Numbered from the stretch's first letter, positions 47,950 through 58,915 are shown. The stretch: 64,000 nucleotides of DNA from Longimicrobiales bacterium (GCA_963664435.2 CAXXKM010000001.1:576001-640000), one strand, 5' to 3'. The notes: generated by a model from the sequence alone, not told the origin. Translations and numbers: made by a program.

Positions 47950-48265
47950 CCGACCTACCTCCAGCCCGCGTACTTCCCCGGCGTGCAGCACCTCCAGCGC
48001 CGCAACCTCAGCGTCCGGAGCCCTGCGGTGCGCGCCTGCCGACGAGCTCCCGTCCCGAAGACCCTCCCGTCCCTGCGCCTCGTACCGGATCACCCCGCGC
48101 CGGACCGTGCGTTCGCTCATCCCCAGCACCCCGCCCGCCTCTACCTGCGTTACCCGGTTTCGACCGCCATCGAAAAGCTCGCAAACCTCAGAATACGCAC
48201 TTCGAGCAGCACGTCCATCCGGTTCATACAGCCTCGCCGTCGGCCGCCCCAAAACCGGACAATGG
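47950..48265 (-). mobile_element. Degenerate IS remnant (N-terminal HTH of an ISNCY/IS481-like transposase)
   Basis: MNRMDVLLEVRILRF in one frame, then TQVEAGGVLGMSERTVRR..IRYEAQGREGLRD...HRRAP in another; no DDE domain follows. Confidence 0.7.
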
Positions 48266-48297
48266 AAATACGAGGAGTGTGGTCCGGTCCAAGACGG

Positions 48298-50589
48298 TCA
48301 AAACGACCAGAGTCTGGTGAGCTTGACCGTGAACCGGCGGTCGAGAACGCCGCCTGTGGCTGTGTTGCGCCGTTCCGTGTAGACGAGAAACAGATCGCTC
48401 AATGGAGCATGGATGTAGTCCAGGCGGACGTTCGTGATGAGTTCGTCGGTAACCCCGTTGTACTGGATGAAGCCGCTTCCGAAGAGCTCGGTCGAGTAAG
48501 CGTACTCCACACGGCCTCGATAGATCTTCGCCGAGAAGGGCCCATCTCCAAGATCGATGCGGTTATCCTGCGCACCTGCGTCCAGCGTGACGTGGTGATT
48601 CGCCTTCCACTGTGCTCCGAGTCGAAGAGAGCGGCGCGTTCCTCCGAAGTACCCGCCCTCGCTGAACCCCAGCATCGCCGAAAAGACGCGCCCGGTACTC
48701 GTCTGCAGATCGAGGACGCGCTCCCCGAAGCTGTAGGCGCCATCCGGCACGATCCTGTCGCCGAGGAGGCGGAAGGGTTCGAACAGCCTTTCGAAGCGAT
48801 CGTTGTACTGCAGCGTCAGGCGGCTCCCGTCCGAGAGTGTTGTGATGAATCCGGCGGTGCCGGTCCGGGTTTCCAGCACGGAAGCCAGGTTGGTGATGTA
48901 GTGCATTTCCAGGAAGGGGTTGAGCTCGTTCAGAAGTGATTCGGCCCGCCGATGATGGACGCCGACGGTGGCGTAGCCGTGGCGGACGGCTTCCCGGCGC
49001 ACGTATCCCATCTCAGGCCTGAAGGCGTCTCCGATCTCACGGAACATCAACGACGTGTTCAGGAACTGGTCGCGCCAGGCGATGGAGACACGGGCCGCCC
49101 GGTTGTTTCCTCGCTCTCCGTCATCGATGGTCCCCGCGAGGTACGACTGCACGATCATCCTGTCCCAGAAGCGTGCATAGAGATCCGCTCCGAGGCTTCG
49201 ACTGTATCCGCCCCCCCGGCTCTCCTCCGTGATGTTCCGATTCAGGAACATGCCCCCGATCTGGAAATTGCCGAACACCGTTCGCCGGAGGCGCAACGCG
49301 GTGAAGTTCTCGGCAGCTACATCCTCGATGCCCCTCGTCTGCATGTTGAGGAATCCGACTCCCCAGTCCCCGACTCTTCCGGTCAGCCGGCCTCCCCCGA
49401 GCACCGGAACAGGACGTCCGCCTTCAAGTCCGATTCGGCGCGAGTGGAACAGCTTGAAGTCCTCGAGCCCGGCTCCCAGTCGATATCCTCTCTCGGGCAG
49501 GTCGCCGAAGTCGAACAGCCCTGCGTTCTCGACGAAGAAGTCCCTCTTCTCCGGAAAGAAGAGCGAAAAACGAGTCAGATTCACCTGTTCGTCGTCCACT
49601 TCGACTTGTGAGAAGTCGGTCCGGTAGGTCAGGTCCAGGGCCAAGCCCTGGCTGAGGGCATACTTGACGTCCAAACCGGCATCGAAATCCGTGGCGTCGC
49701 CCTCGACGGCGGCTTCTCCCGATGATCTCGCGGTAAGCGCAAACGGCTTTACCAGGAGGTTCAGGCCTCCGCTCATGGCCGGAAGGCCCTCGAGCGTGCC
49801 CGCTTCGGACATGCGGTTCAGGCTGTAACGCCGGTCGATGGGCGCCCAGAAGCTGTCCTCACCCTTGTGGCGCAGGCGACGGACGAAATTCAGGCCCCAG
49901 GGCCGGTCAGGCTGGTTCGGGTCGAAGCGGAGAGTACTGAAGGGAACAGCGAGTTCAGCCGTCCATCCCTCTTCGTGGACGCGCACTGCCCGGTCCGCGA
50001 TTCCGTCCCACGCAAAGTTGATGTCGCGGCCGTTGTCGAAGGTCTGGAGGTCGACCATCGCTCCGCCGGCATTGACGCCGAACATGAAGGCGTTGCTCCG
50101 GTCCAGGTACGTATCGAAAGCGATTCCCAGAATGTCGCCTTCGCCGGAAGGGAAATCCCTCTTGAGGGAATGAAGCGTGATGTCGCCGGGATCCTGATAG
50201 TACAAGGTCGCCCCGACGTAAAGCGTTTCGTCGTCATACAGGACGCGGATCTCGGTGTGCTCGCTAGAGGGGTATCCCGCGTTCGGCTTGGACTGCACGA
50301 ACCCCGTAATGATCTCTGCCTCGGTCCAGCTTGGCTCGTTCAGAAACCCGTCCACGGAGATTGGGCCCGAGGCGCGCCGTGCGAGGACGCTGGGCCGTGG
50401 TAACGATTCAGGATCGACGCCGATCTGCGCGGGCACGCTGTCGGGTGGTGGGGCGTCTTGAGATAGCGCCGTCGCGGGTTCTGAAAGTGCCAGCGCGAAC
50501 AGCACGATGGCCCAGGAACGTAGGCCTCCGGGTCCCTTGGAGGGACTCCTCCGTAGTGCCGGGGCCAAACAGCTTGACAACGCATCCAT
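48298..50589 (-). CDS. CBM9-like plus DUF5916 outer-membrane protein
   Basis: VDGFLNEPSW, TEIRVLYD, WTAELAVPFSTLRF, DFSQVEVD..QVNLTRFSLFFPEKRDFF, terminal F; start uncertain. Confidence 0.85.
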   Translation of the reverse strand: MDALSSCLAPALRRSPSKGPGGLRSWAIVLFALALSEPATALSQDAPPPDSVPAQIGVDPESLPRPSVLARRASGPISVDGFLNEPSWTEAEIITGFVQSKPNAGYPSSEHTEIRVLYDDETLYVGATLYYQDPGDITLHSLKRDFPSGEGDILGIAFDTYLDRSNAFMFGVNAGGAMVDLQTFDNGRDINFAWDGIADRAVRVHEEGWTAELAVPFSTLRFDPNQPDRPWGLNFVRRLRHKGEDSFWAPIDRRYSLNRMSEAGTLEGLPAMSGGLNLLVKPFALTARSSGEAAVEGDATDFDAGLDVKYALSQGLALDLTYRTDFSQVEVDDEQVNLTRFSLFFPEKRDFFVENAGLFDFGDLPERGYRLGAGLEDFKLFHSRRIGLEGGRPVPVLGGGRLTGRVGDWGVGFLNMQTRGIEDVAAENFTALRLRRTVFGNFQIGGMFLNRNITEESRGGGYSRSLGADLYARFWDRMIVQSYLAGTIDDGERGNNRAARVSIAWRDQFLNTSLMFREIGDAFRPEMGYVRREAVRHGYATVGVHHRRAESLLNELNPFLEMHYITNLASVLETRTGTAGFITTLSDGSRLTLQYNDRFERLFEPFRLLGDRIVPDGAYSFGERVLDLQTSTGRVFSAMLGFSEGGYFGGTRRSLRLGAQWKANHHVTLDAGAQDNRIDLGDGPFSAKIYRGRVEYAYSTELFGSGFIQYNGVTDELITNVRLDYIHAPLSDLFLVYTERRNTATGGVLDRRFTVKLTRLWSF

Positions 50590-50772
50590 GGAGTACAACG
50601 TATCGCGTGTGCACGCGCGCCGGACAGCCTGTTCCGAGCGGTCCCGGGCCACCCCTTGCGGCGACCACCCCTACCCTGTTACCGAATAGACACCGAATCT
50701 CAAACTCCGACGTCACCGGGAGCCTGGCGCAAGTGTCGGGCCTCCCGGGACGCTGGCGGACCAGCCATCCCC

Positions 50773-51837
50773 ATGCGACTGCCTGTTCGAGGCCGCGGAG
50801 CCTCGCGCGATCCGCCCAATCGCTTCGAGCGGCTTCACCTGGAGCCGGAAGCGGAGCTCGGCGCCGGGGATGAGCCGGCTCCCGCGACCCGGTTCTTCAT
50901 CGACCGGTCCCGGAGCGTCATCTCGCGCAACTCGAGTCCGGACCTGGGCTTTTCGGTCAGCCTCAACCCCTACCGCGGCTGCGAGCACGGCTGCAGCTAC
51001 TGCTACGCGAGACCGACACACGAATACCTGGGGTTCTCGGCGGGGCTCGACTTCGAGAGCCGGATCATGGTCAAGCCCGATGCCGCCGACCTGTTGAAGA
51101 AGGCGCTGGCCGGACGCGCCTGGCAGCCCCAGGTGCTCGCGCTCAGCGGCGTGACCGATCCCTACCAGCCGGTGGAGCGCCGGCTGAGGGTCACGCGCGC
51201 CTGCCTGGAGGTGCTGCTCGAGTGCCGGCATCCCGTGTCGATCGTCACGAAGAACCACCTGGTGGCGAGGGACATCGACATCCTGTCGCGCATGGCGGAG
51301 CATCGAACGGTGATGGTTACCCTTTCGATCACGACGCTGCGGAACGATCTCCGCCGGGTGATGGAGCCGAGAACCTCGATTCCCGCCCGCCGGCTCGGTG
51401 CTGTGCGGGCGCTGGCGGACGCGGGGATCCCCGTGGGGGTGAACGTGGCGCCGCTGATCCCGGGGCTGAACGACCACGAGCTGCCGCTGATTCTCGAAGC
51501 GGCCCGCGAGGCGGGCGCGTCCCATGCCGGGATGATGCTGCTGCGCCTCCCCCTCGGGGTGAAGGAGCTGTTCGCCGAATGGCTGGAGCAGCACTTCCCC
51601 GATCGGCGCAAGAAGGTGCTCGGGCGCCTGAGAGAGGTGCACGGAGGCAAACTTTACGACCCGCGCTTCGGGCGGCGGGGGCGCGGGAGAGGGCCCTTCG
51701 CCGAGCATCTGGGAAACCTGTTCCGCGTCAGCTGCCGAAGGCTCGGGCTGAAGCGGCGATCGTACGACCTCGCGACCGAAGCCTTCCGCAGGCCCGAGCG
51801 AGGCGGGCAGATGCGGCTGTTCGACGCGCGCGGCTGA
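50773..51837 (+). CDS. PA0069-family radical SAM protein
   Basis: NPYRGCEHGCSYCYARP, TDPYQP.ER, C-terminal QMRLF (clamp-binding-like). Confidence 0.92.
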   Translation: MRLPVRGRGASRDPPNRFERLHLEPEAELGAGDEPAPATRFFIDRSRSVISRNSSPDLGFSVSLNPYRGCEHGCSYCYARPTHEYLGFSAGLDFESRIMVKPDAADLLKKALAGRAWQPQVLALSGVTDPYQPVERRLRVTRACLEVLLECRHPVSIVTKNHLVARDIDILSRMAEHRTVMVTLSITTLRNDLRRVMEPRTSIPARRLGAVRALADAGIPVGVNVAPLIPGLNDHELPLILEAAREAGASHAGMMLLRLPLGVKELFAEWLEQHFPDRRKKVLGRLREVHGGKLYDPRFGRRGRGRGPFAEHLGNLFRVSCRRLGLKRRSYDLATEAFRRPERGGQMRLFDARG

Positions 51838-51876
51838 GCGGAAACCGACCGGCTGCCGCCTGCGGCCCGGGCGCCC

Positions 51877-53046
51877 TCAACGCAGCGCTCCCAGCAACTC
51901 CACGAGCAGTTCCTGTCCCGCGGCGCCCAGGCCGGCCTCGCTCTGGTTGTAGTTGCGCAGCAGGACGACGCCCAGCCCCGACTCGGGTTCGAAGAGCATG
52001 TAGGCGTTGTAGCCGGCCACCGAACCCGAGTGCCCGATCAGCCGTGCCCCGTCGTCCGTGGTACGGATCATCACACCGAGACCGTAGCCGTTGTCGGGGT
52101 CCTCGGGCGTGTGAACGCGGCTCATCTCCGCAACGCTTTCGCCGGAGAGGATCGCGGGCGAAGCACTCCCCTGCAGCGCACCCATGAAGCGGGCCAGGTC
52201 GCCGACGGTCGAGTAGACGCCTCCGTTGGGGACCTTGTAGCCGCGGCCGGCATGCTCGCGCGCCGGCTGGTCCGGATCCGGGTTTCCGTCCCCCCGGTTC
52301 ACGTAGCCGACGGTCAGTCGGGGCGCCAGTTCGGGTCCGATGACGAAGGTGGAGCTGGTCATGCCCAGCGGCTTGAAGACGTCCTCTTCCACGAACTCCA
52401 TGAAGGGCCGCCCCACGGCCCGCGCCACGGCCAGCCCGAGCGTGCCGTAGCCGATGTTGGAATAGGAGTACTCCGCCCCCGGCGCGTTCTGGAATCGGGT
52501 CAGCGGAATGGAGGCGACGACACGCTCCTCCCAGATTCCGATGGGCCCGGAGGCGGCGATGTCCCAGTCGGGCTCGCGCACCAGCCCGGAGGTGTGGCTG
52601 GCGAACTGGCGCACGGTCGGCGCGGGAGCGCCCGCCATCGCCCCGGGGAAGTGGGCGGTCGCCGGAAAGACCTCGCTCAGCGGCTGGTCGAGGTCGATGT
52701 AGCCCCGCTCAACCGCCCGCATCATCACCACCGCGGTGACCGTCTTGGAGATGGAGCCCACCCGGTAGATGGAACCTACCCCGGCCGGGATGCGGCGGTC
52801 GCGGTCGGCCCATCCGAAGGCCCGGGCCCATACGACGTCGCTGCCCCGCGCAACGGCTGCGCTGACCCCGCCGACATCGTCGGCCGCCACCTGTGCCTCC
52901 AACTTCTGCTCGAAACGCGAGATGGCGGCCTGCCAGGCGTCGGCGTCGACGCCCTGGGCAAGGGCCGGGCGCGCACCGATAAATGGTGCGAGCACCGCCA
53001 CGATGGCATAAACCCTTGCCAAGGCGCACCCGCGCCGGACAGCCAT
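51877..53046 (-). CDS. Beta-lactamase-family serine hydrolase, exported
   Basis: SISK (SxxK), HTSGL, YSYSN, GHSG. Confidence 0.9.
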   Translation of the reverse strand: MAVRRGCALARVYAIVAVLAPFIGARPALAQGVDADAWQAAISRFEQKLEAQVAADDVGGVSAAVARGSDVVWARAFGWADRDRRIPAGVGSIYRVGSISKTVTAVVMMRAVERGYIDLDQPLSEVFPATAHFPGAMAGAPAPTVRQFASHTSGLVREPDWDIAASGPIGIWEERVVASIPLTRFQNAPGAEYSYSNIGYGTLGLAVARAVGRPFMEFVEEDVFKPLGMTSSTFVIGPELAPRLTVGYVNRGDGNPDPDQPAREHAGRGYKVPNGGVYSTVGDLARFMGALQGSASPAILSGESVAEMSRVHTPEDPDNGYGLGVMIRTTDDGARLIGHSGSVAGYNAYMLFEPESGLGVVLLRNYNQSEAGLGAAGQELLVELLGALR

Positions 53047-53065
53047 CACAGCCCGCTCCCGCACC

Positions 53066-54400
53066 TCAGTTCCCCATCTCATCCGCGATCTCCTCAAGCC
53101 TTCTCCGGATTTCCTCTTCGGGCAGCCAGCGGCCCCGGAACATGACGCCCGCGCGGTCGGCCACGTTGGCCACGTCGGACAGCGGGTTCGCGTTCAGCAG
53201 CAGGAGATCCGCGCGCCGCCCCACCGCCACCGTGCCGAACGCATCTCTCCCCTGGAAGTACTCACCCACGTTGCGGGTCCCGCTGACCAGGATCTCCCAG
53301 GCGGACATCCCCGCGTCGGCCATCGCCTTCAACTCGCGATGGATCGAAAAGCCCGGCACGCTGAAGATCTGGGGCGAATCGGTCCCCAGGAGAATGCCGG
53401 CGCCTCCGTCCGACAGCGCCTTCAGAACCCGGTTGCGGTTTGCCGCCCACTGCGCCGCCCGCTCCGGGCTGGTCCGGGACGCCGCCGCCCTCTGCCGGTT
53501 CCCCCAGCCCCACACCTGACCGGAGGGCCAGTAGCGCATCTCCGGGTAGCCCGCCAACTCGTCCGCGTCGCCCCGGCCGATGATGCCGACCTCCCAGAGA
53601 ACCATGGTGGGGACGACCCAGGCGCCCGCGTCGCGCGTCAGCTGCACGATGTACTGGAGCCGGTCCTCGTCCACCTCGCCCTCGAAGGCGTCCAGGTACT
53701 CGATGTAGCCGTCGAGGTGGTCGAAGGTCTCCTGGCCCATGAGGATGGCGTGCTCGAGCCCCACGTCGGCCGGCACATGCCCGGCGAAACGGATCCCCAC
53801 TTCCTGGGCAGTGACGGCCATGGCGTTGTATTCGTCGAGCGTGGGTCCCGGATGGATCTTCAGCAGATCCCATCCTTCGCGCTTCTGGCGACGCACCTGT
53901 TCCTCCGCCTCCCGGGGCGAATTCACGCTTCCGTCGTTGAAGCTCGGGCCCGCCATGTAGAGCGTCGGCGCGATGATCTCCCCGGCGTTGGCCCTGGCGC
54001 GCAACGCAAGATGGCCGTCCTGCCCGAGCATCCCGCGCACGGTGGTGACGCCGTTGGCCACGTAGAGGAACATCACCGTTTCCTCGATGTTGCCGCCGGG
54101 CATGTGTCCGTGCATCTCGGCGAGACCGGGCATGAGGTACTTGCCGCCGGCATCGATGACCAGGGCGCCGGCGGGCGGATCGACAGATGCCGACGGACCC
54201 ATGTCCACGATGCGCCCGCTGGAGACCACGACCGTGTAATCGGCGAGCACGCCTTCGCGGTCCATGGGCACGACGTTCGCGTTGACGAATGCGGTGGTGC
54301 GCTGTGGCGGCATCTGGGCATGCATGTCCTGCGCAAGAGCCAGACCGGCGATGGCCAGCCACGACGCGGCGAGAATCGTTCGGGGGGCAGTAGCGTGCAT
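53066..54400 (-). CDS. Amidohydrolase family protein, exported
   Basis: GGAGG RBS; PGLAEMHGH, LLKIH, AGHVP, FDH, LGTDSP. Confidence 0.9.
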   Translation of the reverse strand: MHATAPRTILAASWLAIAGLALAQDMHAQMPPQRTTAFVNANVVPMDREGVLADYTVVVSSGRIVDMGPSASVDPPAGALVIDAGGKYLMPGLAEMHGHMPGGNIEETVMFLYVANGVTTVRGMLGQDGHLALRARANAGEIIAPTLYMAGPSFNDGSVNSPREAEEQVRRQKREGWDLLKIHPGPTLDEYNAMAVTAQEVGIRFAGHVPADVGLEHAILMGQETFDHLDGYIEYLDAFEGEVDEDRLQYIVQLTRDAGAWVVPTMVLWEVGIIGRGDADELAGYPEMRYWPSGQVWGWGNRQRAAASRTSPERAAQWAANRNRVLKALSDGGAGILLGTDSPQIFSVPGFSIHRELKAMADAGMSAWEILVSGTRNVGEYFQGRDAFGTVAVGRRADLLLLNANPLSDVANVADRAGVMFRGRWLPEEEIRRRLEEIADEMGN

Positions 54401-54736
54401 GTCGAAACCTCCTCTCTCGATCGGGGGATGCGTCACATCGAGGGATGCAGCGCACACCAGGGCGTTGCGCCGCCAGAGGTGCGCTCCGTCAATAAGGCTG
54501 CCCGCTGAACGTGTGTCAATCGGAAGCCGGCCGGGGTCGAGGTCGCCGGGCCCGGCGCACGCGCGAGGTTTGCGCCCCGGACTGTCCAGCCTGCATGGTT
54601 CCCTGTCCACATCGCCCGGGCCCCGTTGGCTCGACGAACGAGGGCGTGGCCTCGAGCCATGCCTGCAGCCACCGGCGAAACCGGTCCGCGACAGCCGCCC
54701 GGCCCCATCCCCGAACACCCCGACATCCAGGCGCCC

Positions 54737-55627
54737 GTGAACGTCCATCTCATTGACGGCACCTACGAGCTGTTCCGCCACTTCTATGCGGTCCCTTCGC
54801 GCACCGACCAGGCGGGCCGCGAGGTGGGCGCGCTCCTGGGAGTGCTGCACTCGCTGCTGGGCATGCTGGAGGCGGGAGCAACGCACCTGGGGGTGGCCAC
54901 CGATCACGTCATCGAGTCCTTCCGAAACGATCTGTGGCCGGGCTACAAGAGCTCGGCGGGCATCGATCCGGCGCTATGGGCGCAGTTTCATCCCCTGGAG
55001 GGCGCCCTGGCGGCGATGGGGATCGCAGTGTGGCCGATGGTCGAGCTGGAAGCCGATGACGGGCTGGCCGCGGCGGCCCGGGTGGCGAGCGCGGACCCGG
55101 CGGTGGAGCGCGTCTTCATCTGTACGCCCGACAAGGACCTCAGCCAGTGCGTCTCGGGGACGCGGATCGTCCAGTTCGACCGGCGCCAGCGCATGCTGCG
55201 CGACGAGGATGGCGTGGTGGACAAGTTCGGAGTGGGGCCGGCCTCCATCCCCGACTACCTGGCGCTGGTGGGCGACAGCGCGGACGGGTTTCCGGGCATC
55301 CCCGGCTGGGGCGCCAAGTCGACCTCCACGGTGCTCGCGCACTACGGGCATCTGGAGGCAATCCCGCTCCGCAGCCTGCCCTGGGGCGTTGCCGTACGAG
55401 GCGCGGCGAGGCTGCAGGAGAATCTTCGCACCGGGTGGCGGGACGCGCTGCTGTTCCGGGATCTGGCCACGCTCCGGGATGACGCCTCGCTGTTCGAGGA
55501 CCTCGAGGAACTCCGCTGGACCGGAGCGACGCCCGGCTTCGAGCGCGTTGCCGGGTCCCTGGGAGATGCCCGGCTCGCGGATCGGGTCGAGCGCATTGCG
55601 GCGGAGCGGGGCGCTGGGCCCATGTAG
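54737..55627 (+). CDS. Stand-alone 5'-3' exonuclease / flap endonuclease
   Basis: HLIDGTYELFR, FRN..W.GYK, EADD, DKDL.Q, LVGDSADG.PGIPG.G.K (H3TH). Confidence 0.9.
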   Translation: MNVHLIDGTYELFRHFYAVPSRTDQAGREVGALLGVLHSLLGMLEAGATHLGVATDHVIESFRNDLWPGYKSSAGIDPALWAQFHPLEGALAAMGIAVWPMVELEADDGLAAAARVASADPAVERVFICTPDKDLSQCVSGTRIVQFDRRQRMLRDEDGVVDKFGVGPASIPDYLALVGDSADGFPGIPGWGAKSTSTVLAHYGHLEAIPLRSLPWGVAVRGAARLQENLRTGWRDALLFRDLATLRDDASLFEDLEELRWTGATPGFERVAGSLGDARLADRVERIAAERGAGPM

Positions 55628-55789
55628 GAACCGGAACCATCATCGGCAAACAGGGGTCCGCGGGGCCCAATACCGCATGCCGGCCGAACACATGCATACA
55701 TGGGACGATCCGCTCCCGCGGGGAAGCGGAGTCCGGCCCGTCGCTTTAGATTAACACGGCTGACACGGATTTCTTCCAAAGGGGCTCAC

Positions 55790-58700
55790 ATGAAGAACAT
55801 CATCACCCTCTTGCTCGCCCTCCCGATTCTCGCGGTGGCGCTGCCGCCGGCGGCCCAGGCGCAGTCCAACGGGGCCGGGGCCGGGGCAACCGTTTCCACG
55901 ACCCTCTTCGACGGGATGCGTTACCGCACCGTCGGGCCCTCCCGCGGTGGACGCGTCACAACCGTCGCGGGACATCCCAGCCACCCCGCGACCTTCTACA
56001 TGGGGGCGGTCGGCGGGGGCATCTGGAAGACGGAGGACTACGGGCAGACCTGGCGGCCCATCTCGGACGGCTATCTGGCCACCGGCTCGATGGGTGCGAT
56101 CCGGGTTGCGCCCTCGGACCCGAACATCATCTACGCCGGGACCGGCTCCGACGGCATCCGCAGCAACGTGATCACCGGAAAGGGCATCTACCGGTCCGAC
56201 GACGCCGGAGACAGCTGGCGCTTCATCGGCCTGCCCGACGCGGGCCAGATCGGCGCCGTCGAGGTGCATCCCGACGATCCCGATCTGGTCTTCGTTGCGG
56301 CGATGGGCAACACCTTCAAACCCAACCCCGAGCGCGGCGTCTACCGGAGCCGCGACGGGGGCACGAGCTGGGAACAGGTTCTCTTCGTCTCCGACTCGAC
56401 GGGCGCCGTGGACCTCGAGCTCGCGCCCGACAACCCGGACGAGATCTACGCCGGCATGTACCGCGGCGAGCGGAAGCCCTGGACCATCATCAGCGGGGCG
56501 TACGAGGGCGGGATCTACAAATCCTCGGACGGCGGCGACAGCTGGACCCGGCTGGAGCAGGGCCTGCCGGGCGGGCTCTTCGGCAAGAGCGATCTGGCGG
56601 TCTCCCCCGCGGATCCCGACCGGGTATACGCGCTCATCGAGGCGCCCGAGCCGGAGGACGGCCTGTATCGCTCCGACGACCGCGGCGCCACCTGGCGTCA
56701 GGTGTCGAGCTACAACCCGATCCTCAACCGGCCCTTCTATTACACCGGGGTGGACGCCGACCCGACCAACGCGGACATCGTCTACGTCAACAACGAGGGC
56801 TTCTACAAGTCGACCAACGGCGGCGCGGACTGGGAGCGGCGCCCGACGCCGCACGGCGACAACCACGACATGTGGATCAACCCGGACGACCCCGACCTGT
56901 TCGTCCAGTCCAACGACGGCGGGGCCAACGTCACCCGCGACGGCGGCCTGACCTGGTCCACCCAGAACAACCAGCCCACGGCCGAACTCTACCAGGTCGA
57001 CATCGACGACCGCTTCCCCTACTGGCTGTACGCCGGCCAGCAGGACAACTCCACCATCGCGGTGCCCAGCCGGCGACCCTACGGGATGCCCGCCGGCCAC
57101 ACGGCCCACTGGCGCGCGGTCGGCGGGTGCGAGACCGGGCCGGTGGTGCCGAAGCCGGGCAATCCGGACATCGTCTACGCCAACTGCAAGGGCCGCTTCG
57201 GCCGCTACAGCTGGAGCACCGACCAGGAGAAGCAGTACTACGTGGGCGCCTGGGACCTGTACGGCCGCAACCCGGCCGACCTGCCCTACCGCTTTCAGCG
57301 GGTGGCGCCCATCCACGTGTCGCCCAACGACCCCGACGTCGTCTACCACACCTCGCAGTACGTGCACCGCACCACCGACGAGGGCATGACCTGGGAGACC
57401 ATCTCCCCCGATCTCACCGCCTTCGAGCCCGAGACCCAGATGGCCTCCGGGGCGCCCATCACCCGTGACATCACCGGGGAAGAGCACTACAGCGTCCTCT
57501 ACGACATTCAGGAATCGCCCCACGACCCCGACGTCATCTGGACGGGCGCCAACGACGGCCCCGTCCACGTCACCCGCGACGGGGGCGAGAACTGGGAGGA
57601 CGTGACCCCCGACATGCCGGGACGAGGCCGGGTGCAGAACGTCGAGGTGTCGCCGCACGACCCCGCCAAGGCCTACGCCACCATCCTGCGCTACCAGCTG
57701 GGCGACTTTGAGCCGTATGCATACCGGACGGAGGACTACGGCCAGTCCTGGACCCGCATCACCACCGGCGACAACGGCATCCCGGACGACCATCCGGTGC
57801 GCGTGGTGCGCGAGGACCCGGGCCGCGAGGGACTGCTCTACGCCGGCACCGAGTTCGGGATGTTCATCTCCTTCGACGACGGCGGCAGCTGGCAGTCGTT
57901 CAAGCTGAACATGCCCACCACGCCCATCACCGACATGAAGGTGCATCTGGGCGATCTGGTTCTGTCCACGATGGGACGCGGATTCTGGATCCTCGACAAC
58001 CTGGGCCCCCTCCACGAGCTGAGCGCGGAGGTCGCCGCCGCGGACGCACATCTCTTTGAGCCGCGCCCCGCGTACCGCGCCTTCAGCTCCGGCTTCGGCG
58101 GGGGCTTCGACCCGGCCGCGCCCGAGTATCCGCGCCCCGGCGTGACGATCGACTACTACCTGGCGAACGACGCGGACGAGGTCACGCTCGACATCCTGGA
58201 CGCCGAGGGCAATCTCGTGCGCGCCTTCTCGAGCGACGCCATGGGCGAGCAGATGGTGCCCCCGGCCGAACCGGGCATGCGCGCGCCCACGCTGGAGCGC
58301 GTCGGCACCCCCCGGATGCCGAACTCCGCCGGCATGCACCGCTTCACCTGGGACTTCCGCTACCCGGGTCCCTGGGACGCCAGTCCCGCGCGCGCCGGAC
58401 GCGGCGGACCGGTGGCGGTGCCGGGCGCCTACCAGGTGCGCCTGAACGTGGGCAGCTGGAGCGCGACCGCGGGCGCCGAGGTGCTCATGGATCCGCGCGT
58501 GGCGGCCGACGGGGTCACCATGGAGCACCTGCGCGAGCAGTTCGCGCTGGCCATGCAGGTGCGCGACGCCCTCAGCCAGGCGCGCATGGCCGCGGCGAAG
58601 ATCGCCGAGGTCACCCCCGGCCTCGAGGACCGCGACGAGATGCAGGACGCCCTCGAGCAGCTGCAGGAGATCGAGAGCGCCCTGGTCAACGAGAGCGACG

Positions 58701-58888
58701 ACGGGATCCGCTATCCCGAGCGCATGCTGCTGAGCCAGATGAACTACCTCTACTCGATGCTCAACCGCGCCGACCAGATGCCGGGACGAGACGCGCAGGT
58801 CCGCTACGAGGAACTGCAGGCGGAGCTGGAAGTGCACATCCGCAACCTGGAACGCCTGCTGAGAGCCACGATCACCGCGGCCAACTGA
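55790..58888 (+). CDS. VPS10/BNR-repeat beta-propeller protein (glycosyl hydrolase-like), exported
   Basis: GP.RGGRV start, many S.D.G..W Asp boxes, HGDNH, C-terminal FlgD-like domain and coiled coil. Confidence 0.88.
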   Translation: MKNIITLLLALPILAVALPPAAQAQSNGAGAGATVSTTLFDGMRYRTVGPSRGGRVTTVAGHPSHPATFYMGAVGGGIWKTEDYGQTWRPISDGYLATGSMGAIRVAPSDPNIIYAGTGSDGIRSNVITGKGIYRSDDAGDSWRFIGLPDAGQIGAVEVHPDDPDLVFVAAMGNTFKPNPERGVYRSRDGGTSWEQVLFVSDSTGAVDLELAPDNPDEIYAGMYRGERKPWTIISGAYEGGIYKSSDGGDSWTRLEQGLPGGLFGKSDLAVSPADPDRVYALIEAPEPEDGLYRSDDRGATWRQVSSYNPILNRPFYYTGVDADPTNADIVYVNNEGFYKSTNGGADWERRPTPHGDNHDMWINPDDPDLFVQSNDGGANVTRDGGLTWSTQNNQPTAELYQVDIDDRFPYWLYAGQQDNSTIAVPSRRPYGMPAGHTAHWRAVGGCETGPVVPKPGNPDIVYANCKGRFGRYSWSTDQEKQYYVGAWDLYGRNPADLPYRFQRVAPIHVSPNDPDVVYHTSQYVHRTTDEGMTWETISPDLTAFEPETQMASGAPITRDITGEEHYSVLYDIQESPHDPDVIWTGANDGPVHVTRDGGENWEDVTPDMPGRGRVQNVEVSPHDPAKAYATILRYQLGDFEPYAYRTEDYGQSWTRITTGDNGIPDDHPVRVVREDPGREGLLYAGTEFGMFISFDDGGSWQSFKLNMPTTPITDMKVHLGDLVLSTMGRGFWILDNLGPLHELSAEVAAADAHLFEPRPAYRAFSSGFGGGFDPAAPEYPRPGVTIDYYLANDADEVTLDILDAEGNLVRAFSSDAMGEQMVPPAEPGMRAPTLERVGTPRMPNSAGMHRFTWDFRYPGPWDASPARAGRGGPVAVPGAYQVRLNVGSWSATAGAEVLMDPRVAADGVTMEHLREQFALAMQVRDALSQARMAAAKIAEVTPGLEDRDEMQDALEQLQEIESALVNESDDGIRYPERMLLSQMNYLYSMLNRADQMPGRDAQVRYEELQAELEVHIRNLERLLRATITAAN

Positions 58889-58915
58889 GGGCTGCCGGAG
58901 GCACGATCCGCGGAG

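Noticed and set aside
47758..48252. Intact transposase / active IS
   Set aside because: Only a frameshifted HTH fragment; no catalytic domain or second end could be identified
42934..50589. Classical polysaccharide utilisation locus
   Set aside because: No glycoside hydrolase, lyase or sugar kinase next to either SusCD pair; the CBM9-like/DUF5916 gene alone is not sufficient
51877..53046. Antibiotic-resistance beta-lactamase
   Set aside because: SxxK/YxN/HxG motifs are shared by many esterases and peptidases; nothing indicates resistance
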